A stretch of 64,000 nt of DNA, taken from positions 1,116,001-1,180,000 of the forward strand of contig JAQOWU010000003.1 of the NCBI GenBank assembly GCA_030867685.1, in the 5' to 3' direction. Numbering within the stretch: position 1 is the stretch's first letter; each line of letters begins with the position of its first letter. The notes below the pieces were generated by a model, which worked only from the letters and a program-made list of their open reading frames with translations, made no database searches and was not told the DNA's origin. The DNA is from Wickerhamiella versatilis (taxonomy: Eukaryota). Below are positions 19,145 to 30,022 of the stretch, piece by piece. The position numbers were made by a program, and so were the translations under genes.

Positions 19145-20914
19145 ATGGTGAAAGCGGATGAGTTGTTGAAGCAAGCTCAACAGCTGCGACCAGCGAAGCG
19201 AATTCGGCTAGACGCCCCAGAGGATAGTGAAGAACTGAGAGAAGTGCGCAAGCGAAGGCGTGACGAACACGAGCTCAACATTGCCCGACACCCTTCAGAT
19301 AGAAGTGCATGGTTCCGCTATATAAGATGGGAATATGAATGGGGGTCACTAGAGACTACCAGGGCTATTTACGAACGCTGCATCTCCGGGGATTTGGCCA
19401 CAGATTCTAATGTGTGGCTTAGATGGGCTGAAGATGAAGTTCGAAACCAAAAAATTGGTCAGGCTCGCAGCGTCCTCGATAGGGCAACGAATCTGCTCCC
19501 TAAATCATCAAAACTCTGGTTTCTATGGCTCCGTGTTGAAAAGGTTAGTGAAAATCCTGTGGAAATGGTAAGGAGGGTGTTCGAAAAATGGCTTCTCCAT
19601 CCCACAAAAGAGGCCTGGCGCGCTTTCACGGCATTTGAAATAGAGCAAGGCAACGCAAGGGAGGCCTTTAAACGATACGTTCAGGCAGAACCTTGCTTGG
19701 AGAGCTGGAAAGGGTGGGCTCAGTATTCAGAAAACCCCCGGGATGCCTGGACTGAAGCTGTTGATTCAGGATACACGGAACTGGCCGAGGACTGGGCGTG
19801 GTGGGAGGCTGAAAATGATGAAGTAGAACGCGGGCGTTTAATACTTCAGCATACTGGTAGACTATCGGAATTGGTGGGATACGAACGAGCTTGGGGACGC
19901 ACGCAGAATGTCAATGCCGCTCGATTTAAGTATCTTGAGCACTCATTAAGTTCTGACTATTTTCAGTACGATAAGTGGTGGGAGATATTGGATCAGGATC
20001 TTTCCTGGTCTCGAAACCTGGTACATGCGAGGCCTACGCAGCATAGTAAATCAATGAGCGACAGTTGGCGTGCATATGTGTACTTATGGTTGAAAGTAGC
20101 TAATAAAACAGAATTGAATGGAAAAGACCCAGAGGAAGTCTACGCAGCTGCAACGAAGTCGGTTAACCCCCTGGTTTTCAGTAAATTATCGATTGCGTAT
20201 GCAAAAGCCGAGGTTCGATGGGGCCGTATTGAAAAGGCGCGCAAAGTACTTGGAAAGGCCTTAGGAATGTCCAAAGGACAAAAGAAAAGTCTATTTCGAA
20301 GGTACATCGAGCTTGAGTACAAGCTGCGCGAACCTGATCGCGTGCGCAAGCTATATGAAGCCTGGATAATCAAATTTCCAACAGATATAGAGCCCTGGGT
20401 CTCTTACGCTAGGTTTGAAAGCTCACGGGAAGAAGTGGAAAGGGCTAGAGCAATATTTGCTGCAGCAGAGGCACCAGTCTGGCGAGAGTGGGCAGACTGG
20501 GAGGCCGATTTAGGACATTACGATCAGGCACGTTCTGTTTACAGCAATGCTCCCGATCCAGTGGCAGCAGCAGCTGAATGGTCAATGCTTGAGGTCGGCC
20601 TTGGCTTGGGACCGGACGATGAAACACCTGATGGAGACAGTATCCAAAGAGCACGCAAGGTGCTGGTTGATTTTGATCTAAAACTTAAGCATGATCCAGA
20701 AAGGCGTTATGAATTATTTGAGGTTCGACAACAGTTTGAGGAGCGCTATGGTGATCCATCCACTCTACAAAAACCTCGTGTGGAAACCCGTGTTATAGCA
20801 GGAAATCACGTTCAAACATTTGTTTTCCCAGACGTTGATCCCAGGATATCGAGGCTTCTTACCAACGCGAGACAATGGCAAACTGGTCGATCATCTCAAG
20901 ATAGTTCAAAATGA
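19145..20914 (+). CDS. CLF1: Pre-mRNA splicing factor Clf1/crooked neck (HAT repeats), diverged
   Basis: HAT repeats: ARSVLDRATNLLP, RRVFEKWL, LFRRYIELEYKLREPDRVRKLYE, FVFPD...LLTNARQW. ATG at 19145. Confidence 0.82.
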   Translation: MVKADELLKQAQQLRPAKRIRLDAPEDSEELREVRKRRRDEHELNIARHPSDRSAWFRYIRWEYEWGSLETTRAIYERCISGDLATDSNVWLRWAEDEVRNQKIGQARSVLDRATNLLPKSSKLWFLWLRVEKVSENPVEMVRRVFEKWLLHPTKEAWRAFTAFEIEQGNAREAFKRYVQAEPCLESWKGWAQYSENPRDAWTEAVDSGYTELAEDWAWWEAENDEVERGRLILQHTGRLSELVGYERAWGRTQNVNAARFKYLEHSLSSDYFQYDKWWEILDQDLSWSRNLVHARPTQHSKSMSDSWRAYVYLWLKVANKTELNGKDPEEVYAAATKSVNPLVFSKLSIAYAKAEVRWGRIEKARKVLGKALGMSKGQKKSLFRRYIELEYKLREPDRVRKLYEAWIIKFPTDIEPWVSYARFESSREEVERARAIFAAAEAPVWREWADWEADLGHYDQARSVYSNAPDPVAAAAEWSMLEVGLGLGPDDETPDGDSIQRARKVLVDFDLKLKHDPERRYELFEVRQQFEERYGDPSTLQKPRVETRVIAGNHVQTFVFPDVDPRISRLLTNARQWQTGRSSQDSSK

Positions 20915-21087
20915 TTCTCATATGAAAATAGAGCCATGAGTGGATCAATTATTATTACACTGCATCCAAGGCAATAATTTTAGGATTGCACCACCATCGG
21001 TGGACGCCGTTAACTTATCTTTTAGCAACGTTATAAATAATTTTCCAGATATTTTTCGATGTCTAAATCTACTGATTAGTCAGGAGC

Positions 21088-23841
21088 ATGGTGGTGAAGC
21101 GTACAGCGTCTGAAAGCTGTACACCAAAGGTGTTCGTACGCTCCACTAAGGCGGGAAATGCTATAAAGGTATTCAGGGAGGAATATCTACGGGATGATAT
21201 TCCATGTGGCTCTCAAAGATGCAGCAAATGTGCCAGCCTCGCAGTACCGGATGCCCGAGGCAATTTACTGGCACCACCTCTAGCCGCGGAACCTCATGGA
21301 ACGCTAAAGCGAGGCCCCCATTACGTTGTTGTTGATACAAATATCTGCTTGAAGGCTATTGATATTCTCGAGAATCCGAAATGCTTTTATGATGTGATTG
21401 TTCCCCAAATTGTACTTGAAGAGGTGAAAAACCGCAGTATGCCGATATATACAAGACTGAGAGCTCTTGTAAGTGGTGACCAGAAACGCTTTTATGTTTT
21501 TCATAACAGCTTCCATCGCGAAACCCATCTAGAGCGGAAGCGTGGAGAGTCGTCCAATGATTTCAATGATCGCGCGATCCGTAGAGTGTCCGAGTGGTAT
21601 ACGAGCCATCTCAATGGATTTCCGTGTATATTGGTTTCTAATGATCGTGCTATGGTAAAAATTGCGGAGGAGAGCGGCATAGACACTCTTCCTTTAGATG
21701 CATACGTTTCGGAGTACGGTGACACAACACTCATGGACTTGGTTGCCAGCACCAATGAGATATCGAGAGATAGAGGCAACGAAAGGGAAAAGAATTATCC
21801 AACCTACTGGTCCAGGTCTCATGTTCTTGGTGGTCTTAAGAGTGAGTTGCTAATTCAAGGGAAATTAGCTGTGTCTCGGTATAATTCACAGGAGGCAACT
21901 GTTCAGGGACCTAAAGGCCCGTTGTTGATTATTGGTCGAGAGCATATGAATAGAGCATTTGATGGAGACACAGTTGCTGTTGAACTCCTTCCCGAGTCGG
22001 AATGGTCGCGCTTGCTGACCGACGTAAATGATGACGACCAGGATGAAGTTATGCAAAAAGGCATCACTAAACAGCCTCAGGCTCGTGTGGTTTCGGTAAT
22101 TAAGCGGAACTGGCGTTTCTATGTGGGCCACATAGCCTCTGACTCTGTAGATCCAAAACTCATTGATGTAGGGTCACTGAGAAGCGTGCTATTTCGTCCC
22201 ATGGATCGGCGGGTCCCTCGTATCAGGTTTCGCACGCGCCAACCGAATGCTCTTGCGGGTCAGCGCATCGTGGTTGCCGTGGATGACTGGCCAGCCTATG
22301 CGCATCATCCAGAAGGCCACTTTGTACGAGCATTGGGTGATATAGAAAGTCATGGTGCTGAAACAGAAGCTATTTTATTGGAATATGATATTGAGTACCG
22401 TCCGTTTCCCAAGGCCGCTATCGACTGTCTACCAACGCTCCCCTGGACACCAGAGCCTGACGAAAAACGCCGTGACCTTCGAAATCTCGATATTTGCTCT
22501 ATTGATCCACCTCGTTGCCAAGATATTGACGACGCATTACACGCGCGCCAACTACCTAACGGCAACATAGAAGTGGGTGTTCATATTGCTGATGTTACGC
22601 ATTTTGTACGGGCTTGCACTGCTATAGATGATGAAGGTGCCATAAGAGGAACCTCGACATATCTTGTGGATCGACGTATTGATATGCTTCCTTCTCTACT
22701 TGGTACCGATTTGTGTTCTCTACGTCCAAATGTAGAAAGGTATGCTTTTTCTGTGATTTGGGAAGTAACCCCCGACATAGAGGTAGTTTCCACAGACTTT
22801 ACAAAGTCACTTATCAAGTCACGACATGCATATGAGTACGAGGAAGCACAGGCTGTTATTGATGATCCAGGGCAAACCCACTCTCTGGCTGTATCCATGA
22901 GAATACTCTTAGACCTGTCTCGAAAATTACGCCAGCGTAGAATGGACGCGGGTGCACTAAACCTTGCGTCTCCAGAGGTAAAGGTACATCTAGAGTCTGA
23001 GACTGCGGATCCAGCTGGAGTAGAGGTCAAAAAAGGAGTAGCAACGAATTCGCTTGTTGAAGAGTTCATGCTTTTTGCCAACATAGCAGTTGCTCGGAAA
23101 ATATATGAAGCTTATCCGCAGTCCGCAATGCTAAGAAGACATGCAGCACCTCCTGCAAGCAACTTTGATCAACTTAATGACGAGCTCAAGGTGAGGGGCC
23201 TGCCACAATTACGTGTAAGCTCGTCAAAGGCACTTGCAGAATCACTTGATGCTATTTCAGGTGAAGATCCTTTCATCAACACTCTAGTCCGTATAATGGC
23301 CACAAGATGTATGATGGCAGCAGAGTATTTCGCGGCGGGATCTTATAGCTATCCTGAATTCCGTCATTATGGTCTTGCCACAGACATTTATACCCATTTT
23401 ACCTCCCCCATCCGTCGATACGCTGACGTGATTGTCCATCGTCAATTAGCAGCAGCCATTGGGTATGAAAAGCTTCATCCAAGTCTACATTCTAAGCCCA
23501 AGCTTGATGCAATCTGTGACAATATCAATTTACGACATCGGAATGCTCAACTTGCTGGACGTGCTTCGATTGAATATTACGTTGGTCAAATGTTGAAAAG
23601 TCAACCCGAAGTTGCATATGAAGGGTACGTTGTGCGCGTATTTTCAAATGGAATTGGTGTGTTGGTGCCACGCTATGGGCTTGAGAGCGTTGTGAAATGT
23701 GAAGGTGAACTTGATGAGGACAACTATATTCTTGCAACTGGGGGAAGAAAAATACAGATTTTTGACAAAATAAGCGTTGTTATTCGTTCAGTTAAGAACG
23801 AGGCAACAGGCAAGAGGAACGTTGAAATGGTTCTCGCTTGA
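21088..23841 (+). CDS. DIS3: Exosome catalytic subunit Dis3/Rrp44
   Basis: CR3 and PIN (VVVDTN), RNB (SIDPPRCQDIDDALH), YTHFTSPIRRYAD. Confidence 0.97.
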   Translation: MVVKRTASESCTPKVFVRSTKAGNAIKVFREEYLRDDIPCGSQRCSKCASLAVPDARGNLLAPPLAAEPHGTLKRGPHYVVVDTNICLKAIDILENPKCFYDVIVPQIVLEEVKNRSMPIYTRLRALVSGDQKRFYVFHNSFHRETHLERKRGESSNDFNDRAIRRVSEWYTSHLNGFPCILVSNDRAMVKIAEESGIDTLPLDAYVSEYGDTTLMDLVASTNEISRDRGNEREKNYPTYWSRSHVLGGLKSELLIQGKLAVSRYNSQEATVQGPKGPLLIIGREHMNRAFDGDTVAVELLPESEWSRLLTDVNDDDQDEVMQKGITKQPQARVVSVIKRNWRFYVGHIASDSVDPKLIDVGSLRSVLFRPMDRRVPRIRFRTRQPNALAGQRIVVAVDDWPAYAHHPEGHFVRALGDIESHGAETEAILLEYDIEYRPFPKAAIDCLPTLPWTPEPDEKRRDLRNLDICSIDPPRCQDIDDALHARQLPNGNIEVGVHIADVTHFVRACTAIDDEGAIRGTSTYLVDRRIDMLPSLLGTDLCSLRPNVERYAFSVIWEVTPDIEVVSTDFTKSLIKSRHAYEYEEAQAVIDDPGQTHSLAVSMRILLDLSRKLRQRRMDAGALNLASPEVKVHLESETADPAGVEVKKGVATNSLVEEFMLFANIAVARKIYEAYPQSAMLRRHAAPPASNFDQLNDELKVRGLPQLRVSSSKALAESLDAISGEDPFINTLVRIMATRCMMAAEYFAAGSYSYPEFRHYGLATDIYTHFTSPIRRYADVIVHRQLAAAIGYEKLHPSLHSKPKLDAICDNINLRHRNAQLAGRASIEYYVGQMLKSQPEVAYEGYVVRVFSNGIGVLVPRYGLESVVKCEGELDEDNYILATGGRKIQIFDKISVVIRSVKNEATGKRNVEMVLA

Positions 23842-23942
23842 AGTAGTAAAAAATTAATGGAGACTGTTATAGCTATTTAAAATATATATAAGGAGAAGGG
23901 GACTAATAAGAAATATTTAGGCTTTGTTGTAGTATTTCCATT

Positions 23943-23949
23943 TGAGTCA
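23943..23949. promoter_or_regulatory. Gcn4 site (TGAGTCA) upstream of TRP2
   Basis: Exact TGA(C/G)TCA about 60 bp upstream of an amino-acid biosynthesis gene. Confidence 0.65.
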
Positions 23950-24007
23950 AATCTTCTTGTATAATAATTATGACTTATTATTGCAGCGAACAATTGAGTG
24001 AGTAAGC

Positions 24008-25516
24008 ATGGAAGTTGAGCCAAGTCTTGAGACTCTGAAAAAACAGGCGGTAAAGGCGCATAGCCAGGGTGCGAACACGTACTTAGTTCGCCATACTACT
24101 ATGGTGGATAGTATAACTCCTCATACAGCATACCTACGGCTAGCTAGGCCTGGATCGCCTGACAAGAAACAAAGCTTTCTGCTAGAGAGCGCCATCGGTG
24201 GAGAAAGAGTCGACAGATATTCTTTTTTGGGTACTAATCCTCGAAAGTCGATTGTAACAGGTCCGGGGAGACAGGATGGTGCCGTGGATCCCCTATCGCT
24301 GTTAGAGAAAGAGTTGGATAAAAGCGTTCCTTACCCTTCCTTGTCCCCCGAAGGGCTCCCTCCATTCACAGGTGGTGCTGTGGGCTATGTTGCGTATGAT
24401 TGTATCAAATATTTTGAACCCAAAACGGAGCGACCCCTCAAGGATACTCTTGGTATACCAGAATCGTTATTGATGATTTACGATACCATCGTATGCCTCG
24501 ACAGTGTATACCAGAAACTTCACATTATCCATAATATTCATTGTGATAATCTGCAAAATCTCGAAGAAAAGTACCAAGAAGCTATCGTCATTATCAAAGA
24601 GATTTTTGATAGACTTATGAAAGAGGAGGATTACACAGTTCCTCAACCACCTGTTACACCAAATGATACCTATACAAGCAATATCGGTAAGGAAGGGTAC
24701 GAATCACATGTAAAGAAGCTTAAGGAGCATATTCTTTGTGGTGACATTATTCAAGCAGTCCCTTCACAGCGCATAGTTCATCCGACTGATTTACATCCAT
24801 TCAACGTTTACCGGCAGCTGAGAGCTGTGAATCCATCCCCTTATATGTTTTATATCGATTTTGTGGACTTTCAGCTTATCGGCGCTTCACCTGAGGTTCT
24901 CGTTAAACTGGAGAACGGCAGAATTTTGACGCATCCGATTGCAGGTACTGTTCCCAGGGGTAAAACTGCCGCGGAGGACGATCAACTGGGTAGCCAGCTA
25001 CTTCACTCGTCAAAAGACCGTGCAGAGCATGTCATGCTCGTTGATTTGGCTCGTAACGACGTAAATCGTGTCTGCCAACCTTCGACCAGCTCTGTCGACT
25101 TTTTAATGAAACTTGAGCGGTTCAGTCACGTCACCCATCTGGTATCGCAATGTTCAGGTGCTTTGAGACCAGAGAAAACTCGATTTGATGCTTTGCGCTC
25201 GATTTTCCCTGCCGGTACCGTTAGCGGCGCACCCAAAGTCAAAGCCATGGAGCTTGTCAGTGAACTTGAAGGAGAGGTTCGTGGACCTTATGCGGGAGCA
25301 GTTGGCTCTTGGGGATTTGACAAGTCTCAGATGAACACATGCATAGCATTAAGGACAATGATGTACAAAGATGGCAATGTCTATCTCCAAGCGGGTGGTG
25401 GAATCGTTTACGACTCTGATCCCACAGAAGAATATGAGGAGACCATGAATAAAATGAGGGCTAATAGAAGATGTCTTGATGACGCCGAGCACTACTGGGC
25501 CCAAAGAAGCAAATAA
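24008..25516 (+). CDS. TRP2: Anthranilate synthase component I
   Basis: SFLLES, NPSPYMFY, HPIAGT, AEHVMLVDLARNDV, FPAGTVSGAPK, QAGGGIV. Confidence 0.97.
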   Translation: MEVEPSLETLKKQAVKAHSQGANTYLVRHTTMVDSITPHTAYLRLARPGSPDKKQSFLLESAIGGERVDRYSFLGTNPRKSIVTGPGRQDGAVDPLSLLEKELDKSVPYPSLSPEGLPPFTGGAVGYVAYDCIKYFEPKTERPLKDTLGIPESLLMIYDTIVCLDSVYQKLHIIHNIHCDNLQNLEEKYQEAIVIIKEIFDRLMKEEDYTVPQPPVTPNDTYTSNIGKEGYESHVKKLKEHILCGDIIQAVPSQRIVHPTDLHPFNVYRQLRAVNPSPYMFYIDFVDFQLIGASPEVLVKLENGRILTHPIAGTVPRGKTAAEDDQLGSQLLHSSKDRAEHVMLVDLARNDVNRVCQPSTSSVDFLMKLERFSHVTHLVSQCSGALRPEKTRFDALRSIFPAGTVSGAPKVKAMELVSELEGEVRGPYAGAVGSWGFDKSQMNTCIALRTMMYKDGNVYLQAGGGIVYDSDPTEEYEETMNKMRANRRCLDDAEHYWAQRSK

Positions 25517-25674
25517 ATAGTAGCTCTGTATCTTAATCTAGAAGAAATGAACAGGATTGTAGAACATGCTTGGTTTGATAACATATAATTTTAGAAATAC
25601 ACCTGTGGAATGTTTTAAATCACTGAGGCCTTTGAAAGCCATTTCACGCTTAGTCATCAAGGAACGGAGGAGGT

Positions 25675-28302
25675 ATGCGCAGACCGTACGTTCGCATCCA
25701 ATTTCAGCTTACTTTCTCTGTCTTCCTTTTCACGGCAATTTGCCTTGCAACGCTTGCTGCAGCAATATACACATTAAGCGAGAACACACTCCTGAAGTTA
25801 CAGCGTGATAACCTGGACCTCGCTTGTGAGTTACGCCGGGATGAAGTTATGCAATTCTTTGAATCAAAATTCTGGACAATCTCTATTTATTCTTTCAGAC
25901 GTGACATTGTTTCAATACTTTCTGATCCTTTCAATACACAAAACCTTATGCGAGAGAAAAGCTCAGTCTATTCAAATTTTGGCTTGAATGAAGAGTTGCT
26001 ACTGAAATTGTACCTTCAAAATGGCACAGAAATCTTGACAATCCATTCTGATTTATGGAATGCGTCATCAAATGCGAGCAACCTGTTACCCATAGAGTCA
26101 CCCTCTAAACAAGAAAGAAACAGATCAATGGAATCGCTCATGCAATATCAAACCGAGCTTCAGGGGCCAGTACAAGTAGAAAATGCAATCGTGCAAGGAA
26201 AATCTTCTAGCAATGAACTTCTGAGCCTAAGCGTGGCCGTTAATAACAAGGGACTGACTCCTTTAGTTCAAGATGCAAATGAAACATACATCGTTGGATT
26301 GATAACAGTCATTTTCTCGGCAAAACATATGGCAGACATACTTAGGGACACGAGTTACAATTCACCAAAGTCATATATTGGTGCGGGGATTTTGTGTATG
26401 TTAACAAATGGCAGTAAGAACGGTCAGGACCACACGCTGACAGGGATATTGCCGGAAATAAACGTCTCAATTAGCGAGCAACAATTAAAAAATGCATCAA
26501 CTGGATTTTCTCCTATCCGAGCAGAGGTTGTGGATACTCCCAAAGATGGTAAGCTTCTTACCAGTATAACCAGGCTCTACGATAGTATTCCCTATTTCGT
26601 GGCGCTAAGGCAGCAACCTAAAGGTTTCAATGCGATGCCCAATGCCTTACGCGATATTATTCTTATAACTGTATTTTCTATTGCTGGCGGTATGCTGATA
26701 TTCTCGTTGCTCGGAGCTAGTTTTGGATCTCGTCAAATTCTTCGTCTAAAAATGGCTACGAGGTATGAAAAACCCTCTAACAGCCAATGGACCATTCTTC
26801 CATGGTGGTTACAACCAAGACAGACTGGTCAAGCTCAAAGTGTTGACTCGGATGGAAAAGTACCGGAAAATGTTCCATTTAGATCTCATTTAAGAGATGA
26901 GCTCGATGACATTGCCCGGCGCTTCAACGAAATGAGTAACAATCTAGTGGCCCAGTACACCACTCTCGAGGAACATGTAAATAAGCGCAAGGAAGAAATC
27001 GAATCTGCGCGATTGGCAGCGAACGATGCAAATAATGCAAAATCACACTTCCTCGCTAGAATCACCCATGAATTGCGCACTCCTCTCAATGGAATCTTGG
27101 GTACGGCGACATTGTGCCTCGAGGACGATAATGTTGACCAGATTCATCAGTCTCTTAGAACAATATTTAAGTGTGGGGAGCTTCTATTACATTTAATGAC
27201 CGATTTGCTCTCATTCAGTGAAAACGAGGTTGAGAATGTTAAACTGGATGATAGAGAATTTACTATGTCTGAGATTGGGAACCAGCTAACTGCGATATTC
27301 ACAGAACAGTGCAGCCTAAAGGACATACATTTCGTTCTTGAAATAGAGCCTAATACCCGAGAGTATGTGCTCCATGGGGATACTAATCGCATTTTGCAGA
27401 TTATTTTCAATCTCATATCCAATGCTCTGAAGTTTACGCCTGCCGGTGGCAGACTGGTCTTCCGAGCAAAGATGACGCCAAATGACTATGATATCCGTCT
27501 GTTCACATTTGAAGTTGAGGACACTGGCCCTGGTATAGCTCCGCACCTTCAACAGAGAATTTTTGAGGAATTTGTTCAAGGTGATATCGGAGTGACCTCT
27601 CGTAGAGCAGGTGTTGGTCTTGGACTGTATATTTGCCAACATCTTGCCGAGCGAATGGGTGGCTCAATACAACTGAAAAGCGAGCTTGGAAAGGGCTCAC
27701 TATTTATTTTTAATGTTCCTATCAGGGTTGTAAAAGCTCGTGAGAGTACTCTGAACGATATGGAGGTGGACATGTATCCTGACTGTGAACTATACACTCC
27801 CACCAGCCCCTCCGGTTATAAAGGGATTGATTTTAGTTCCCTCAAAAACCCACAGTCTCCTCCGGTAGAGAGACCGGGCTTTTCTAGATCGAAGTCATCT
27901 TTGGACAAGCCTCTTTCAAATCTGAGAGTTTTAGTTGCCGATGATAATAATGTGAATCAAGAAGTTATGAAACGAATGCTGAATTTAGAGGGTCTTCATA
28001 GCATTGCATTTGCCAGTGATGGGTTTGAAGCTTTTGAAAAGACCAAGAAAGCAGCCGAAGACGGTAATCCATTTGATATTATATTTATGGATGTCCAGAT
28101 GCCGAACATGGATGGCCGTCAGGCGTCCAGACAAATCCGTGATGAATTGCATTACGAAGGGTCCATTGTAGCCGTATCAGCTTTTGCCAATGAAGAAAAT
28201 GCCGATGGTTGCATTGAAGCAGGGATGAACCTGTTCCTCACAAAGCCCTTACGAAGGCCACACCTCTGTCAGATTTTGCATGGCTTAGAGAACACGGACT
28301 AG
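25675..28302 (+). CDS. SLN1: Osmosensing hybrid histidine kinase Sln1
   Basis: Two TMs, H-box THELRTPLNGI, NALKFT, DTGPGI, GLGL, receiver domain FMDVQMP. Confidence 0.92.
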   Translation: MRRPYVRIQFQLTFSVFLFTAICLATLAAAIYTLSENTLLKLQRDNLDLACELRRDEVMQFFESKFWTISIYSFRRDIVSILSDPFNTQNLMREKSSVYSNFGLNEELLLKLYLQNGTEILTIHSDLWNASSNASNLLPIESPSKQERNRSMESLMQYQTELQGPVQVENAIVQGKSSSNELLSLSVAVNNKGLTPLVQDANETYIVGLITVIFSAKHMADILRDTSYNSPKSYIGAGILCMLTNGSKNGQDHTLTGILPEINVSISEQQLKNASTGFSPIRAEVVDTPKDGKLLTSITRLYDSIPYFVALRQQPKGFNAMPNALRDIILITVFSIAGGMLIFSLLGASFGSRQILRLKMATRYEKPSNSQWTILPWWLQPRQTGQAQSVDSDGKVPENVPFRSHLRDELDDIARRFNEMSNNLVAQYTTLEEHVNKRKEEIESARLAANDANNAKSHFLARITHELRTPLNGILGTATLCLEDDNVDQIHQSLRTIFKCGELLLHLMTDLLSFSENEVENVKLDDREFTMSEIGNQLTAIFTEQCSLKDIHFVLEIEPNTREYVLHGDTNRILQIIFNLISNALKFTPAGGRLVFRAKMTPNDYDIRLFTFEVEDTGPGIAPHLQQRIFEEFVQGDIGVTSRRAGVGLGLYICQHLAERMGGSIQLKSELGKGSLFIFNVPIRVVKARESTLNDMEVDMYPDCELYTPTSPSGYKGIDFSSLKNPQSPPVERPGFSRSKSSLDKPLSNLRVLVADDNNVNQEVMKRMLNLEGLHSIAFASDGFEAFEKTKKAAEDGNPFDIIFMDVQMPNMDGRQASRQIRDELHYEGSIVAVSAFANEENADGCIEAGMNLFLTKPLRRPHLCQILHGLENTD

Positions 28303-28678
28303 AAGTCTTTTTTATTTTCTTTTTTTTTGTTTGCTATTTTGGACTACCCTGGATTGTCCAAGCAAATAATGGCATTAGTATGCTAGTGTCAAAAAAAGAG
28401 CTCTTTAAGCATGTAACCTATTTATTTTCAAGTCAAAATAATTGCCTCAATAATAAATATTGAAAATCAAGATCATTAACCACTTCTGTGTAGGTTAAAA
28501 TGTCAGAAATGAACAGAAGAGGAACAACAAAGCAATGATGCTGTTACAGCTCAAGCGATTATGCCATTGGCATAAAAAGTAAAGCAAAGCAAAAATTAAG
28601 ATAGCTTGAAACGTGTTTGCCGATAAACTTAGCGAGATTTCGCTGAAAACATTTCTATTCATATATACGACTTATTAT

Positions 28679-29680
28679 TTATTTATTTGCACTCGCTTCG
28701 ATAGTCTTATGTATCTTGCCGAAATTGGCATTGAGACGTTGCTGAATGAATTCTCCTGCTGTAATGACAGGGTATTTTTCCTGGGCTCCTTGAAGAAGCA
28801 TTTCCTCATTAGCTTGAGCAAAGAAAACTACGCTGTACCGCGCACCTAGGTCGTCACCTGGCTGTGGAGAGCGTACCCGATGCAAGGTAGACTTAAGCAA
28901 ATCATCAGACCATCTTGTCAACATGTCACCAACATTGCAAGTAATAACATAGTTGCTAGGTTCAATAGGTGTCCACGCTAAGTTGTCAACATCTCGCCCG
29001 GGACAGACTTCGAGTCCACCTTGGCCATCGCGCTGATATAGAAGTGTAACTGTCGTCCAGTCAGTATGAGCCCCGGCACGCCAGAGCTTTGGGTCTAGAT
29101 TCTCTGGCTTCTGGGCATAATAGTTTAGGAATCTCAAGGTAGACTGATATCCCGGGGATGATGGATCATGACCTCTGCGGAATAGATCACTGGGGAGCTT
29201 CAACCGCTCAGTGAAACAGCTCAGGATTTGTTGAGATAAATTCCAATTGAGTTTTTCGAATTCTAATGCTTGCTCACGAAATCCAGGTATCTCGGCTTCA
29301 GGCCATAAGCCATCCATCCGCCCACGGGTAATTTGGTACGATTCTTTCTGATCTATCGTGCCTGTGGACGGACGAATCTGAGTTAACGATTCCCATCCTT
29401 CATTCCTTCGTAACGGATATTTCTTTTTGGACTGCTGATTGAGCTCGAAGAACTCTTTGGCCAGCTGGAATATGTTGTCTATTTTCTCGTTGGGGATACC
29501 ATGATTCTCAATCTGGAAGAATCCGATATTAACAGCAGCATCCCACAGGCTTTCTGATATCTCTTCCTTTCTCTGTTCAAAATTAGAAAAATCGATCAAT
29601 GGGATTGGCCTTTTCAAAGTTTTCCCAAATCCACCTAGACGCGACTCGACTTGTAGCTCACTGAGGCGTTCACCTGGCAT
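28679..29680 (-). CDS. 2-oxoglutarate/Fe(II)-dependent oxygenase (isopenicillin N synthase-like)
   Basis: IPLIDF, GFFQIENHGI, HTD...H iron triad (AGAHTD, STLHRV), RYS 2OG-binding motif. Confidence 0.93.
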   Translation of the reverse strand: MPGERLSELQVESRLGGFGKTLKRPIPLIDFSNFEQRKEEISESLWDAAVNIGFFQIENHGIPNEKIDNIFQLAKEFFELNQQSKKKYPLRRNEGWESLTQIRPSTGTIDQKESYQITRGRMDGLWPEAEIPGFREQALEFEKLNWNLSQQILSCFTERLKLPSDLFRRGHDPSSPGYQSTLRFLNYYAQKPENLDPKLWRAGAHTDWTTVTLLYQRDGQGGLEVCPGRDVDNLAWTPIEPSNYVITCNVGDMLTRWSDDLLKSTLHRVRSPQPGDDLGARYSVVFFAQANEEMLLQGAQEKYPVITAGEFIQQRLNANFGKIHKTIEASANK

Positions 29681-30022
29681 TGTCTTATCCTTAGTTTCTC
29701 TCTGTGCTTTCCTAATCGCTTGATTCCGCGGCTTCTTGATAAATATTACTATATGTGTTTAGGGTTATATTAAGCTTCTGCTAGAGCAAGGAATGAATCA
29801 ATACACATTGCAAAACAGCCATACTTTGATATAGTTTAAAACGTATTTTTCGTCTTGAAAAGGGGATCAGCATTTCATAGGATACATGTGACTGTTCAAC
29901 ACAAAATCAGTTGGATTTCGTAATCGTCGACATAGAGCAGTTACCATTAACAAAGTACACAAACTTCAAATCTGGACGCATTAATATTCTATCATAATGT
30001 TAATTACGTGTGAGCTAATGTT

